Shown: positions 24,782 through 41,607, counted from the stretch's first letter. The stretch: 64,000 nucleotides of DNA from Spirogloea muscicola (GCA_009602725.1 WELB01000019.1:106104-170103), one strand, 5' to 3'. The notes: generated from the letters alone by a model not told the origin. Numbers and translations: made by a program.

Positions 24782-25344
24782 GGCGCCCGTCGCCCGGCCA
24801 CGGCGCCAACCGCTGCCGCCGCCGGGNGGGGGGGAGCACAAGTGCGACTGGCGAGGGGAGAAATTGAAGCACGTCCCGCAGCGCGTCATGCTGGCCGTCG
24901 GATGACGCGGCGGCGGCGGCCGGGCGCCGTCCGATGGGCGCGCCGGGGCGGTGGGTGGGCGCCGCGGCAGATATTGCGGCTTTGGACTGTAGCGGGCCGG
25001 GATCCGCCGCCGGGCGCGGAGGGGCCTCCAAGTGGCGGCTTCCCGGCGCCCCTCGGCCGGGACTCCCCCCGGGTTCCTCCCCCCCTCCCCGCGAACAGTA
25101 ACAGTGGCTTACCGGACGCCTCGCCTGGCGCCGGTCAACGCAGGTCTCCGGGGAGGGAGGGGGGGTAATGGTCCCCCTTAAGACTTCCGCTGCAGGCTGA
25201 GGTCCCGCCGTAACCGAGCTCCGCTTCCCCAACCCCGGCCTGGCCGCCATGGCGGCGCAGCTCGGCGCCTCCAACCCCGGCCTGCCTCGCCTGCTCGATG
25301 CCCAGCCTCGCAGCCGCCTCCCTTAGACGGCTTACTGTCGTTTA

Positions 25345-25412
25345 CTGGACTTTGTAAGGCTCGGGTTGGCCTCCCTATCGTCACATGCGCACCGCGCGCC
25401 TCTCGCTCTCCC
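25345..25412 (+). mobile_element. Short A-type retroelement 3' terminus
   Basis: tttgtaaggct...ttggcctccct...catgcgcaccgcgcgcctctc matches the terminus at 8935-8993. Confidence 0.55.
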
Positions 25413-27052
25413 TCTGGAGGGCCTCGGCTTGGCGCCTCCGCGGCCCGCTTTGCGACCCCTCCCAGCTTCTTGGAGACCCTCATTGGCGCATACCTGCTTC
25501 TGGGACTTGCCAGGAGGCGGCTGGCTTACGAGCTGCGGGCTGCACCGGCCTGCATTCACTCTCAGTAATAGCCACGCGGCTGGAGAGCTGGACGATCTGG
25601 CGTGCTTGCTCAGGCGCACGCTGTGCTCAAGGTGCGACGCTGCAGTCGCTCAGTCCTCGAGCTCCCACTCAGCTACACGGTGGTCTCTGCAGCACCACAT
25701 TGCCATTATAGAGTGCAGACGGGACTTCCAGCTGGGCACTCAATTCCTTGCGGGTAGAACGATCCTATGCAGGGCCACCAGGTGCTGCAAGGCATGGAGC
25801 CAGCCACAGATTGACAACCACTTTGGAAGATGCTTTGGCTGATAGCCAAACCACTTATTGGTGAAGTTGCTGCAGCGATGGTGAGCATGGCCCACAACGG
25901 TGAGTATGGCCCACAACAGTAAGGGCTAGCTTGTGCAGCTGTTTGTGCATGCTCCGCTGAAGCAGTGCTGGCACTTCCCGCACTTGCTTGCTATGCATTG
26001 TTGATTGCGCCTATAATAGGAATTTGCCTTTAACAAGCCACTTGTTGGACCCAGCAGCCCTTCTACACCTTTTGCCACCATCGTCACCATCGTCCACCTT
26101 TGCTGCATACCGTGAGCTTCCCTGGGGTTTCCAGTCAGCAGAGCTTCCTTGAGGCTTCCTGGAGTAGCCTTATTTCCTCAAGTCCCGGAAGCAGCTAGTG
26201 GATTCTGTTTGCAGTCTCACTAGTGTCACAGGCAGGTCTCCAAGTAAGTTCTTGCTGGGAGGTCTGACCATCCTCCTCAACCAACTACCAGAAAACGAGA
26301 CCCTGCCTGTTTCGCCCTGACGGACAGTCACAGGGCTGCAGCTGAATGCTGATCTCACCTAGAAGCGGCCTCTGCAAGGAATTGCACAGTGGTGGAATCA
26401 TGTCTCGACTTGACGACCCCAAGAACCAATCTGCGGCTGCTTGCTGGTGCACTAGCCCCACTTGTGCCAGCAAGGACACACTTGACAACCATGAGGGTAA
26501 TCACTGCTGAAGGTGCATGCTTGGGTCATAAAAGATAGGGACCACTGAGGTTCAGGTTATGCACGTGCTGATATTGCACGCCACTTTGCCTCGTTTATGT
26601 GCATCACTTCGCCAAGTCCACCAAGGGGAGGACCAATAGCAGGCTGAAGCTGAGCTACACTAAGCAACTTCTTGTATTTTACTTTTCACATGTGTGCAGG
26701 GTATGTTGCATCCGCCGCCGCTAAATGTGATCTGTTAGCATGGGTTCTGCATGTTGCAGGTTGACTGACATTTACAATACTGCAAGAAAGACTGTAAAGT
26801 AGATGAAACCTGCACCGAAGTCCTGTGGATGTCTCTGGTAATGACATCACCATAGAGCCCTGATGAAGCAGGCAAGTGTGGGGTGGCAAGAGCAGCAGTT
26901 ACAATTGAAGCATTCTCTTACTTTACAAGTTGGAACTTTGCTTATAGCGCTGCAAGTCTGGGAACATTTGCTCATATGCTGGCTTGTGGCCAAAGCCAGG
27001 CATAGGCTCATTTTCATCCAACTCACGATCAAAAACTTGCCAAAGCTATGCT

Positions 27053-29963
<2,911 letters not shown>

Positions 29964-30423
29964 NNNNNNNNNNNNNNNNNNNNNNNNNNNNNNNNNNNNN
30001 NNNNNNNNNNNNNNNNNNNNNNNNNNNNNNNNNNNNNNNNNNNNNNNNNNNNNNNNNNNNNNNNNNNNNNNNNNNNNNNNNNNNNNNNNNNNNNNNNNNN
30101 NNNNNNNNNNNNNNNNNNNNNNNNNNNNNNNNNNNNNNNNNNNNNNNNNNNNNNNNNNNNNNNNNNNNNNNNNNNNNNNNNNNNNNNNNNNNNNNNNNNN
30201 NNNNNNNNNNNNNNNNNNNNNNNNNNNNNNNNNNNNNNNNNNNNNNNNNNNNNNNNNNNNNNNNNNNNNNNNNNNNNNNNNNNNNNNNNNNNNNNNNNNN
30301 NNNNNNNNNNNNNNNNNNNNNNNNNNNNNNNNNNNNNNNNNNNNNNNNNNNNNNNNNNNNNNNNNNNNNCGGAGGCTGCGGCGGCGGCGGCGGCGGCGGA
30401 GGGCGGCGGCGCCGGGCGCCACC

Positions 30424-33400
30424 ATGTACCTGTACAGCCTGACGGTGCAGCGGGCGACGGGCGTGGCGGTGGCGGTGCACGGCAACTTCGGGGGCACCAA
30501 GGAGGTGGAGATCGTGGTGGCGCGCGGCAAGGTGCTGGAGCTGCTGCGCCCCGACGGCGGCGGCAAGGTGCAGAGCGTGCTGCAGGCGGAGGCGTTCGGC
30601 GAGGTGCGCTCGCTGGCGCCGTTCCGGCTCACCGGCGCCGCCAAGGACCTGCTGGTCGTCGGCTCCGACTCGGGCCGCCTGGTGATTCTCGAGTACGTCC
30701 GCGAGCGCAACGCCCTGGAGCGCGTGCACGCCGAGACATTCGGCAAGTCCGGCGCGCGCCGCATCGTGCCCGGCCAGCTCCTGGCCGTCGACCCCAAGGG
30801 CCGCGCCGCCATGGCCGCCGCGCTGGAGAAGCAGAAGCTGGTGTACGTGCTCAACCGCGACAACGCCGCGCGCCTCACCATCTCCTCGCCCCTCGAGGCC
30901 CACCGCTCGCACACGCTCACCTACTCGCTCGCCGCGCTGGACCGCGGGTTCGACAACCCCGTGTTCGCCGCCATCGAGCTGGACTACGCCGACGCCGACC
31001 AGGACGCGTCCGGCCAGGCCGCCGCCGACGCCCAGAAGCAGCTCACCTTCTACGAGCTCGACCTCGGCCTCAACCACGTCGTGCGCAAGTGGAGCGAGGC
31101 CGTGGACAACGGCGCCAACCTCCTCGTTGCCGTGCCCGGCGGCAGCGACGGGCCCTCGGGCGTGCTCGTCTGCGCCGAGAACTTTGTGCTATACAAGAAC
31201 CAGGGCCACCCGGACGTGCGGGCCGTCATCCCCCGCCGCGCCGACTTGCCCGCCGATCGCGGCGTGCTCGTCGTCTCCGCCGCCACGCACCGGCAGAAGT
31301 CCCTCTACTTCTTCCTCCTCCAGGTCAGTGCCTCCTGTCCTCTTTGCCTTCTAGCACCGTGCCGTATCTAGTGGCTGTCCCCATGCGCTGGACACGCTTG
31401 TGGTGGCACTGACTGCAACGGTGACTGCGGCCATGGTACAGACGGAGTATGGCGATATCTTCAAGGTGGAGCTTGTGCACAACAAGCAGGAGGACCAGGT
31501 CACTGAGCTCAAGGCACGTTTGGGGCAGCCCCTTTTGCCCTTCTCTGGTCCTCCCCTCTCCCGCACAAAAGTGGCAGGGCAAGCTTCTCTGGTCCTCCCC
31601 TCTCCCGCACAAAAGTGGCAGCGCAAGCTGCCGCCGAAGCCCGCCTGCTGTCATGCCGCACCACTGTGAGTTAGTATGTCGTTGATTTTCTTTGAGCACG
31701 ACGCTGAGGTGTCTGCCGTGCTCGCTCGTGCAGATCAAGTACTTTGACACTATCCCCGTGACGTCAGCCATGTGCGTTCTCAAGACGGGCTTCCTCTTTG
31801 CCGCTTCGGAGTTTGGGAACCACGGGCTGTACCAGTTCCAGGGCCTGGGGCAAGATGCGGAGGTGGAGTCGTCGTCGGCGACGCTCGAGGAGACGGAGGA
31901 GGGCTTTGCGCCGGTGTTCTTCCACCCGCGGCGGCTGCGCAACTTGGTGCAGGTGGACGAGGTGGAGAGCCTGATGCCGATGCTGGACATGGTGGTCGCT
32001 AACCTGTACGAGGAGGAGACGCCGCAGCTCTACGCTCTCTGCGGCCGCGGGCCGCGCTCGAGCCTCCGTGTCCTGCGCCCGGGCCTCGCTGTCACCGAGA
32101 TGGCCGTCTCTCAGGTTTGCTTGACAGGAGTTCCCCCTCTCCCCTGGATTGTTTACAAGTCCCATCTCTTCCTCCTCGCTCCCGATTCATTCACCTGAGA
32201 CATGTTTTCCGATGCTTATTTTCCACAAATTCACTTAGCCATAGGCCATTCTTCAAGTTGAAGAGCCACGTCCTTGAGCTTATGGTCTGTCCTGGAGCTG
32301 TGCATTCAGCTGCCCGGCGTGCCGACTGCGGTGTGGACGGTGAAGCGGGCAGCGGCGGACGAGTACGATGCCTACATCGTGGTCTCATTCGTCAATGCCA
32401 CACTGGTACTGTCCATTGGCGAGACTGTGGAGGAAGTGAATGACAGCGGCTTCCTGGACACCACACCCTCGCTCACCGCCTCCCTCCTCGGCGAGGACTC
32501 TCTCATGCAGGTGTGCTCCTTCTGCCACCGCCGCCGTCTGTCGCAATTGTTCATCAGAAAGCTATCAGCTACTCTTTCGATGACTGCTTCTGATGAGTTC
32601 AAAATGGCTACAAGCCTTGTGTCTTTGACCACAACTGCTTGAATATGTTACAGTCTTGTGTTGGTCCTTGTCGCGCTTTGATAAGTGGACTGTCTCATGG
32701 TGATCTTGAGTTCCCAAGTTGGCAAGATTCTGCAAAGCACTCACGAGCACTCACTTGTTCAAACCCTGGTTGGCACTGACCTCGCTGCTGCCAAGTGGCC
32801 AGGTGCACCCGGGCGGCATCCGGCACATCCGTGCAGACCGGCGCATCAATGAGTGGAAGACGCCCGGCCGCAAGACCATATCCAAGGTCGGATGCAACCG
32901 CATGCAGGTCGTGATTGCGCTTACGGGCGGTGAGCTCATCTACTTCGAGATGGACATTCAGGGACAGGTTCGAGCTGGCTGTGCCCTCCTCCCCTTGGTT
33001 TGCCTGTGTCGTCGACCCAGCACTGTAGCCTATGCCTCGAAAACAGCCCGATGCCTGGAGACCATGTCAGCTGTCATCCGCATTCTGCGCCCTTGGCTCA
33101 CATTCTTGGTGTGAGCAACATAATGTGTTGCAAGAATTCCAGTAAATAAGCTCAAAGCCTTTGCATTAGTTGGCCCTCATTAGCTGGCTCAAGCACTTCA
33201 CCTGAGCAGCATATGCTGTATGCAAGCATGCTCTGATTGGCGTGACTGGCCGTTCATTCGACGGAACGCAGCTCCAAGAGATTGAGAAGAAGGAGATGGC
33301 GGGCGACGTGGCATGCCTGGACATCGCACCCGTGCCCGAGGGCCGGCAGCGCTCGCGTTTCCTGGCCGTCGGGTCGTATGACAGCACCGTCCGCATCCTG

Positions 33401-36400
33401 TCATTGGACCCAGACGACTGCATGCAAGTCCTCAGCGTGCAGGCGCTTTCGTCGCCGCCCGAATCTCTGCTACTTCTCCACACTGGCGCGCCAGCGGGAG
33501 GTGACGAGGAAGGCGGCAGCGCCGGCGCGGAGGCAGTGTCGGCTGCGCCGCCTTCCGTATTCCTCAATGCGGGCTTGCAGAACGGCGTGCTGCTGCGCAC
33601 GGAGGTCGATATGGTCACCGGGCAGCTCTCAGGTATGCAGCCAGCTGGAAACTTCAGGCTGCAGCATGTTACCTCTTGCACATGCAAATGTGCAGATCGA
33701 GATTTTTTTTGTCTGCCACTTAAAAATATGTAGTTTTTATAATGTATGTCAGTAGAGAGTCAAGTGGGCCAAGTAGTTTCTGTTTACCCAATCTCAGCTT
33801 ATGCAGTAGCACTTATATATTAACATGACGAGCTGATGTTGGCTATGCAGACACACGGACGCGCTTCCTGGGCCTGCGAGCCCCGAAACTATTCGCAGTG
33901 GCTGTGCGGGGGCGGCAGGCGATGCTGTGCTTGAGCTCCCGGCCGTGGCTTGGATACTGGTGGCAGGGCCACTTCCAGCTCACGCCCCTGTCCTATGAGG
34001 CGCTGGAGCACGCAGCGCCGTTTGCGAGCGAGCAGTGCCCCGAGGGCGTCGTGGCGGTTGCCGGCGACGCCCTGCGCGTGTTCGCAGTCGAGCGCCTGGG
34101 CGATGCGTTCAACCAGACCGCCATCCCGCTGCGCTACACGCCCCGCCGCATGGTGCTGCACCCGTCTCGCAAGGCGCTGATCGTCATTGAGGCCGACACA
34201 AGCTCGTTTTCCGCTGCTGAGCGCGAGGTGCTGCGCCAAGAGGCCATCGAGGCCCACGGCTTGGCTCGAGGTGGCTGCTTGGCCGAGCCCCTCTTACATT
34301 TCTCGGAACGCACATAGATTTCGAATGTTGAATTGGAACCAATTGGACCACTACATTGAGAATCTCTTGTAGCCATATTCTTAGGATGCAGCAGTTGCAG
34401 GTGTCAGGTTGTATCTGTAGCTGCAGCCCTCATTCAGCTTACTGATTAACACGTGGCGTCCAATGAAGCATCATGATATTGATCTTACAATGTGTCCTTG
34501 TGTCCCTCTCCGTCGAAGCAGGCAGGAAGAAGATGGACGTAGACCACCTGGAGAATGGTAACCATGCCGCGGCGGTGCTCAAGCAAGAGCAGGACGAGGA
34601 GTTAGCTGAGGAGGACGAGGATCCGCTGCCGGAGGAGCAGTACGGGTATCCGCGTGCCGAGTCGGGCAAGTGGGCATCGTGCGTGCGCGTTGTGGACCCT
34701 GTGGAGGGCGCCACGACGTGCCTGCTGGAGCTGCAGGACAACGAGGCCGCCTTCAGCATCGCCACCGTGCAATTCGCCGCAGACAAGGACCTCGGCACGC
34801 TCGTGGCGGTCGGGACGGGCAAGGACCTCCAGTTCTGGCCCAAGCGCGCAGGCTCCGGCGGATTCATCCACATATACAAGTTTGTCAACGATGGTGCAGA
34901 ACTGGAGCTTGTTCACAAAACCCCTGTGGACGGACCTCACCCCCCGACGGCTTTGCGAGCTTTCCAGGTGATCTGAGCTTGACTAAGTATTTGGCGATTT
35001 GTCAATCATAATCTTTCTGTATGCAAATTTGAGACTTTCTGCTAGCGAAATGAGATTTTCTGCCTGCCAGCCTGACTCACTCTGCACTCTCCTGCATCTT
35101 TGAGATTGATGTGATCACCAACCACGCAGCTACTTGCATTGGGTGGTGCAGGGGCGCCTGCTAGTGGGCCTGGGGCCGGTGCTTCGCATCTACGACCTAG
35201 GCAAGCGCAAGCTCCTGCGCAAGTGCGAGAATAAGAACTTTCCTAGCACCATCACATCCATCACCACATACGGCGACCGCATTTATGTTGGAGACTTGCA
35301 AGAGGTAATTTCCAATCTCAGAACTTCTTGTGTGCAGGTTGATGAAAGGTTTTGCTGTTTCTATCACTACATTAAATTTCTGTGCATCAATCCTTGAAGG
35401 CCAGGACTAGCTGGGCTCTGTGTAAGCTAATGCTGATGAAAGCAGGAGCGCTTGCATCAATGACGCAATTTTGCCTGTCTGGTCAGTCGTTCCACTACGT
35501 GAAGTACCGGCGGGACGAGAATCAGTTGTATATATTTGCAGACGATGTGAGCCCCCGATGGCTTACTGCTGCACTCCACGTCGACTTTGACACCATGGCC
35601 GGCGCCGATAAGTTTGGCAACATCTACTTTGTGCGCTTGCCACAAGATCTGTCAGAGGAGATCGAGGAGGACCCCACTGGTGGTAAGATCAAGTGGGAGC
35701 AAGGGAGGCTCAACGGGGCACCTAATAAAGTGGAGGAAATCATCCAATACCACGTCGGCGAGGTGGTCACTTGTATGCAGGTGTGTGCAGCGCTGAGGCT
35801 GCCTGCAGCTGACGCGTACGAGCTGGGTCAGATGCTGACACTCCTGAGTCAGTGGTGTGAAGCTGGTTATTGATGCTTGGGTGCTGCCTGCAAATATCTG
35901 GAGTGCTGATTATGGCATGGTCGACATCCGCAGAGGGCGGCGCTCATCCCTGGCGGCGGCGAGTCACTGATCTATGGCACCATGATGGGCAGCCTTGGCG
36001 CGATGCTGCCCTTCTCATCGCGCGAGGATGTGGACTTCTTCTCGCACCTTGAGATGCACTTGCGGCAGGAGAACCCACCCCTCTGCGGTCGCGATCACAT
36101 CTCTTACCGCTCCGCCTACTTTCCTGTCAAGGTGCGCTGGCTATATACGCCTGCTCTTGCACCTGTAGAAAAAGAGGCTATAGGCTGTACTTGCACCCTG
36201 TTGTTGTCATTGGTATACTTAAAATCCATGTGTATCTATTCTGATGAAGTTAAAGACATGACTGGTCGACTTGGGCAGCAGGGCTGCTGCTGCTTGTTCA
36301 GACCAAAATTAATGGGCTGCTCTGATTTACCCTGCAGGATGTCATTGACGGGGACCTGTGTGAGCAGTTCCCCTCGCTGCCAATGGACATGCAGAAGAAG

Positions 36401-36475
36401 ATTGCAGAGGAGCTGGACCGGACGCCCGGTGAGATCCTGAAGAAGCTCGAGGACATCCGGAACAGGATACTCTGA
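30424..36475 (+). CDS. SF3B3: Splicing factor 3B subunit 3 (SAP130/Rse1)
   Basis: MYLYSLT...[78 protein letters not shown], and the terminus [18 protein letters not shown]. Confidence 0.97.
31540..31622 (+). repeat. Intronic tandem duplication of about 44 bp
   Basis: cttctctggtcctcccctctcccgcacaaaagtggcag occurs twice. Confidence 0.8.
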
Positions 36476-37200
36476 CACTGCCTCCTCAGTCATTCACGCC
36501 GCCTTCTCTCGGCACCTCTCCTTCTGCTACTCAACCTCAATCTTGGTCTCAAGGACTCTTGGCTTCGTTCACACCCATGGCAGACTCTTTGAGGAACCTT
36601 TGAATCTGCTGTAAAACGAGGAGTCGGCAGCTATGTACAGGTACTGCATGTTTGCTGGTCAAAGGGATCTCGCAATGCGTGGCGCTACATGTTGCCCCAT
36701 CGTGCTGGAGGAGCTTGGGCCTCGGTGGCGACCCCTTCTCCTGCGTTTTGAGCTTTTTCAATCGCCAGTGGCGTGCTTCGCCTATGGCCGCTGCTGGCTC
36801 TGGCTGTCAAAATCTGTGCGGTCTCTTGTGGCTGCACGGCAGCAGGGAGAAAGGAGACATGCTACGCTCTCTCGCCCCCTGCAATTGAGGTGCCACAAGA
36901 GTCTGCGTTTGTGTGCCGTGCCAAAATGCAGGCACCTGGGCAAGGAGCAAAGGCCCCCTGATGATTTGCTCTGCTTGCTCAGCAGCAAGAGCGAGCGACA
37001 GTAATGGCTGCATCAGAAGCAACATCAGGAATGCAAGCTTGTCGCGGGCGAAGAGTGGCCCCTGCCCTTGTCAGCCGGCATCAGCTCCGCCAATTGTGCT
37101 AGGTGTACTGGGTGCTACAGGTGCCTGTTTGCACAAGAAAAGCTTGATCAAGGCTGAGAAACCTGGCCTACAGGCAGTAGCAGCATGGTTCTTTGTCCTT

Positions 37201-37265
37201 TTGCCTGAACAATGTATTGGCTTGAATTGGCCTCCCTTTCAATTCATGCGCCCCGCGCGCCTTCC
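37201..37265 (+). mobile_element. Extremely 5'-truncated subfamily A insertion
   Basis: About 64 bp matching the terminal sequence of the copies at 1-290 and 59521-59778. Confidence 0.8.
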
Positions 37266-37385
37266 CCCCCCCCCTTTTATGTAAAGTCAGGGCTACAACC
37301 AAGTCACATAATGGTCAAGAGACACTCAAGTAGTGGCAAGTGAATGGGTGTAAGCAGTCAAGTAACATGGAGGAAGGGCGACAAC

Positions 37386-40005
37386 TCAGTCCTCACCTGT
37401 GGCAAGCTCGCGGGCAGCTCCGGGCGAGGGTGTTGCCGCCGCTGAAGATGCTGCAAGCTTGCGCTCCAGCTGCAGCGACCGGCAGAGGGCCTCAAGGCGC
37501 TCCTTCTGCGTGCGCACCGTTTCCAACTGTTTCTTGGTCGCACTCCGCTGCAAGTCTCCCCAGAGTTACAGCAACATCAGTCTAAGCTCTCTCACCTACC
37601 AGGACTGGCCTGTTGTGACTGGAGCTCGTCGCAGTACTCTGGACCTCATCCACTCAACCCCTCAATTTCTCCACTTCATTCCTGGATCTCAATCTTGCAG
37701 CATCCAGATGGAGACACTTTTGCTCAAGGCCCGCAGATGACCAATTTCTTACTGAACTTCAACTTGTGATGTCAACCTTAACCTTGAACACAGCATACCA
37801 GAGAACTGGAATATACAAGGGCGCTACTCCCTCCTCTTAGCTACAAAGCCAAAGCGGGGCTTCACCTCGTCTAGAAGCTCAATGATGGAGACGTCTGACT
37901 TCTCGCACTTGGCCTTGAGGGATCCATTCTCCTTCTCCAGCTTCTTAATTGTCTTGGACATCTGCTTCCCAGTTGGCAGCCCATGCCAGGACGTCACGGC
38001 GGCACAATGCTGTGGATGAAATCTTCTTGGCGCTAGCGGCACCATTGGCAAGACATGGATCAGAAGCGCAACAAGGGGGACCCTACTGATGGGCTCTAAA
38101 GGCGGGGGATAACCGCAAGCCTCAACAGCATGCCCACCTTTTCCATCTCCTTCTTGAAGGTGGAGAAGACCTCATTGCTCTTCGTCAGCGTATCCTGTGT
38201 TGCAGCGGCGGCCAGCGTCACATGCGGCTACAAGGCCACGCCCACCGATAATGGCGGCAAAGCTGATGCATCTTAAAGTTGTTGCGTGCGGCAGCGAGGA
38301 AGTGCGGGACCTGGAACTGCTCGAATTTGTCGCCGTACATGGCAAGCTGCGAGCGGAGCTCCGCCTCTGTCTTGAGCAGCTGGTTGATCTGCTCCAAGTA
38401 CATCTGAGCCTGGTCGCCACCGCCAGCGCCGCCGCCACCGCCCAGCCACAGAGCGTAAGAAGCTGCCGCTCTGTCGGCGGGGCTAAGCAAGAGCCGCGCA
38501 CGAACGAGGAGGGGTCCTGGCGGAACCTTGGCGTCACCCTGAGCAGCAATGTCCTGCTGCTGCTTGAGCTTCGCCTCCAGGAGCTGCTGCTCCAGCACCT
38601 TGGTGCGCAGCTGTGCACCAAGTCCCGCATGCGCTGCCCGGAACGCTGTCAGCTGTGCAGCCCCTGAGGTGGCCAAGTGGGCAGTGCCTAGCTCTGCCAG
38701 CTGTGGCCGGCATGGGCAGGCCGCTTGTCCAAGCGCTAGCGCTGGGCAACACATTGCGAGCGCAGGCAGGGCGGCGGCTTGCTAGACCTGGTGTGCGAAG
38801 TGCTGCTCCCGTATTTCGTACTGCTGCGTGAAGTGCTTGAGCTTGTCCTTCAGGCTGCGACACGAGAGTGGGCAAGCTCAGATTGAAGACATTGGCACCT
38901 CAAAGGGTGGGAAAGAGGAAAAAGGGGAGCGAGACAGAGAAGGAGGCAAGGAGGGGGAAATGAGGAGGGAGATAAGGATAGAGAGGAGGGAAGGGAGGGG
39001 GGGCGATGTTGGGGAAATTTTCACAGAGAGCTTGCGGGAGGGAGGAGAAGAGGGAGAGAGGTAGGAGGGAGGGCGAGAAGCACAGAGAGGACAGGTGGCA
39101 GAAAGGACAAGAGAGAAAGGAAGGAGGAAAGCGAACGAAGGGGTTCAGCTTCAAGCATGCGGCAACTACCAGGCGGCGATCACAGGCAAAGAACCCGAAA
39201 GCAGAACCTGCGCTGTCGAGCTGCCGCACCGCCGGTGGGCAACTCACGTTTCGTTCTCGCGGATCTGCCGGATGCGCTCGTCGCTCTGGTCCTCCAGCTT
39301 GCTCGTGATGTCCTGGACGAGGAGGCCGGCGGGCGACGAGGGCGGCAGAGCCTCAGCCGGCAGAGGGGCCAGCGGCAGGCTGAGAGGAGGGAGAGAAGAG
39401 GGAGGAGGACATAGTGGCTATCCGTCACCTTGATGGTGGTGTGGAACTTGGCCGACAGCTCCTGCCGCTTGTGCTGCTCGTCCAGCGCCACGCGCTTGCT
39501 CTCGTCCTGCGCCACCGCACACAAGCCAAGCGCAGCGCAGTCAGGCGGACTCTGCGCCTCTCGAGCTGTCCTGAGCACCGGTCGAAGCGCGATGGCCATG
39601 GCCGGCTTGCCAGCGAGCACCATCACAGCAAGACGTTGTGGGATTAGAGAGGCTGACGATGACGGCCTTGTTCTGGCGCTGCAGCTCCCGGCACAGCGAC
39701 TCCAGCTTCTGCCGCACGGCCGCGCCCTTGGCGCCCTCCGCCAGGGCTGCCCCATGCGCGCGCAGCGGCAGCAATGGCGGCGCCAGCGTCAGGCCAGCGG
39801 GACGACGCGCTGCCGCCAGGAGTTGGGCTTGCAGGAGCCATGGCGGCCGTGGCGGCGGCCACTCACCGAGGTCCCGGTCCCGCTGCGCGTGCTCGCAGCG
39901 GCGGCGCAGCGCGCCGAGCTCCGCCTCCAGCTGCCGCATCTCCACGAGCTGCCGGCAATGGCGGCGGCGCCCGCTCGAACCCAGATCAGCCCGCGCGAGA
40001 GAATT

Positions 40006-40038
<33 letters not shown>

Positions 40039-40158
40039 TGCCTGCTGCTGGAAGCGCGCGTAGAGCAGGCGGAGCTTCTCCTCGGCGCTGGCGTCGGAGC
40101 CCTCCATCGTCGAGCGCAGCTCCCGCAGCTGCCGCCGCCGCTCCTTGCCCGCCGCTGC

Positions 40159-40189
<31 letters not shown>

Positions 40190-40190
40190 G
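37386..40190 (-). CDS. Taxilin-family coiled-coil protein; start unresolved in a GCC repeat and final exon boundary uncertain
   Basis: KLESLCRELQRQNK, KRQELSAKFH, ELRSQLAMYGDKFEQFQ.TLTKSNEVFSTFKKEMEKMSK.IKKLEKEN, LEALCRSLQLER. Confidence 0.9.
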
Positions 40191-40285
40191 CCCGCCGCTC
40201 ATTCCATTCCTTAAATACCTGACTGGGATTAAAAATGGCCCCAAGTCCGAGACACTGACGCCCTGGGTGAGGCCTCGGGGCGCAG

Positions 40286-41607
40286 TGATTTCGGACGAGG
40301 TGCCGCTGGTGGCGTCGCGGCAGCTGCTGCAGCTGTTCGCGCAGGACCTGGGGCGGCTGGAGCCCGAGGCGCACAAGGACGTCGCGCAGTACGCGCTCGC
40401 GCAGATCCAGCCCCGCGTCGTCTCCTTCGAGGAGCAGGTCCCTGCAGAGCACCGCTAGTTGACACTTAAGAGCAAATTTCTATTCATCTAATAGATTACT
40501 TGATAGAAGGAAGACTCTTCCACCAGAGGCAATGGCTGTGATTGCCCAGCCCAGATAAAATTCGTGATAGGTTTTTCTCACACCCTTACCTCTAAGCCGC
40601 CAGCGAAACGAGATGAGCTGCATCAGCTTTAACGGCTGCCAATACCTGCTTGGGTTCTCAAGCTCGGTGTTGGGTTTCGAGCGGTGGCGACACTAGGTGG
40701 CGCTCATGCGTGAGGGCCTGGCGGAGCTGTACGAGGACGAGGAGGAGTGGTCAAAGGCTGCCCAGATGCTCGGCGGCATCGACCTCGACTCGGGCCTAAG
40801 GTGAGGAGCGGAGCTGGCTGGCCTCCCTTTGCTCCCGCCCTGGAGTGAGCGGGAGGAGGTCCTCTCTTACTCGGTGGATGCATGTAGTTTACTTTTGCAA
40901 AGCTGACGGCCATGTGACCGCAGAAGCAAGGCTCCCAGGCAATGCCTTCTGTGCTTGATGAAGAGGAGTGCTGCTTGCTTGCAGGGGACTGGACGACACA
41001 TACAAGCTTGCCAAGTGTGTGAAGATAGCCCTCCTCTTCCTGGAGGTTAGTGGCAAAAGACCGCTGAAGAGCGGCAGATATGCATGCCTTATGATGACCT
41101 GTTGTGCTCCATTAAACAGAATATGAATAATGCTTGTCGTACTTGTGACTGTGTGTCCTTGTGCGTCAAGAGTCTGTCATGAGTTCTACGATAGCTTGAA
41201 AAGCTTCTGTTTGTGTTTTATCAGGACGACGAGGCTCTGCATGCAGAGACCTACATTAAGAAGGCCTCGTTCCTCATCACCAACTGCAAGGACGAGGGTC
41301 TGGAGCTGCAGTACAAGGTCCAGAACAACAAGCTGGCGTACTTGTCATGGCTGCTGCATCAGCCGCAGCATTGAGACTTTTACCCGTGCGGCAGCCATGG
41401 CAACAATTTACGAAAATTACAAGTAATGACCATGAGTAGTAAGGATCTGTGCAGTTGCCATACATGACTGGTAATAGAAAATGGTGAGCCTGTGCTCGTG
41501 ACACAGGTGTGCTATGCACGCATCCTCGATTCCAAGAGGAAGTTCCTGGAGGCGGCGCTCAAGTACTATGACCTGTCGCAGCTCAACAAGCGGGAGGTGG
41601 CTGGCAA
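40286..41607 (+). CDS. CSN4: COP9 signalosome subunit 4, partial (first exon and C-terminal half absent)
   Basis: SDEVPLVASRQLLQ...IQPRVVSFEEQV, LAELYEDEEEWSKAAQMLGGIDLDSG, YIKKASFL, YKVCYARILDSKRKFLEAA..YY.LSQ. Confidence 0.9.

Noticed and set aside
25500..26520. Possible degraded ORF between CrRLK1L copy 2 and threonine synthase
   Set aside because: Multiple stops and no family that I can recognise.
34252..34257. Apparent GC donor in SF3B3
   Set aside because: A GT donor at 34271 gives the phase required by the next exon.
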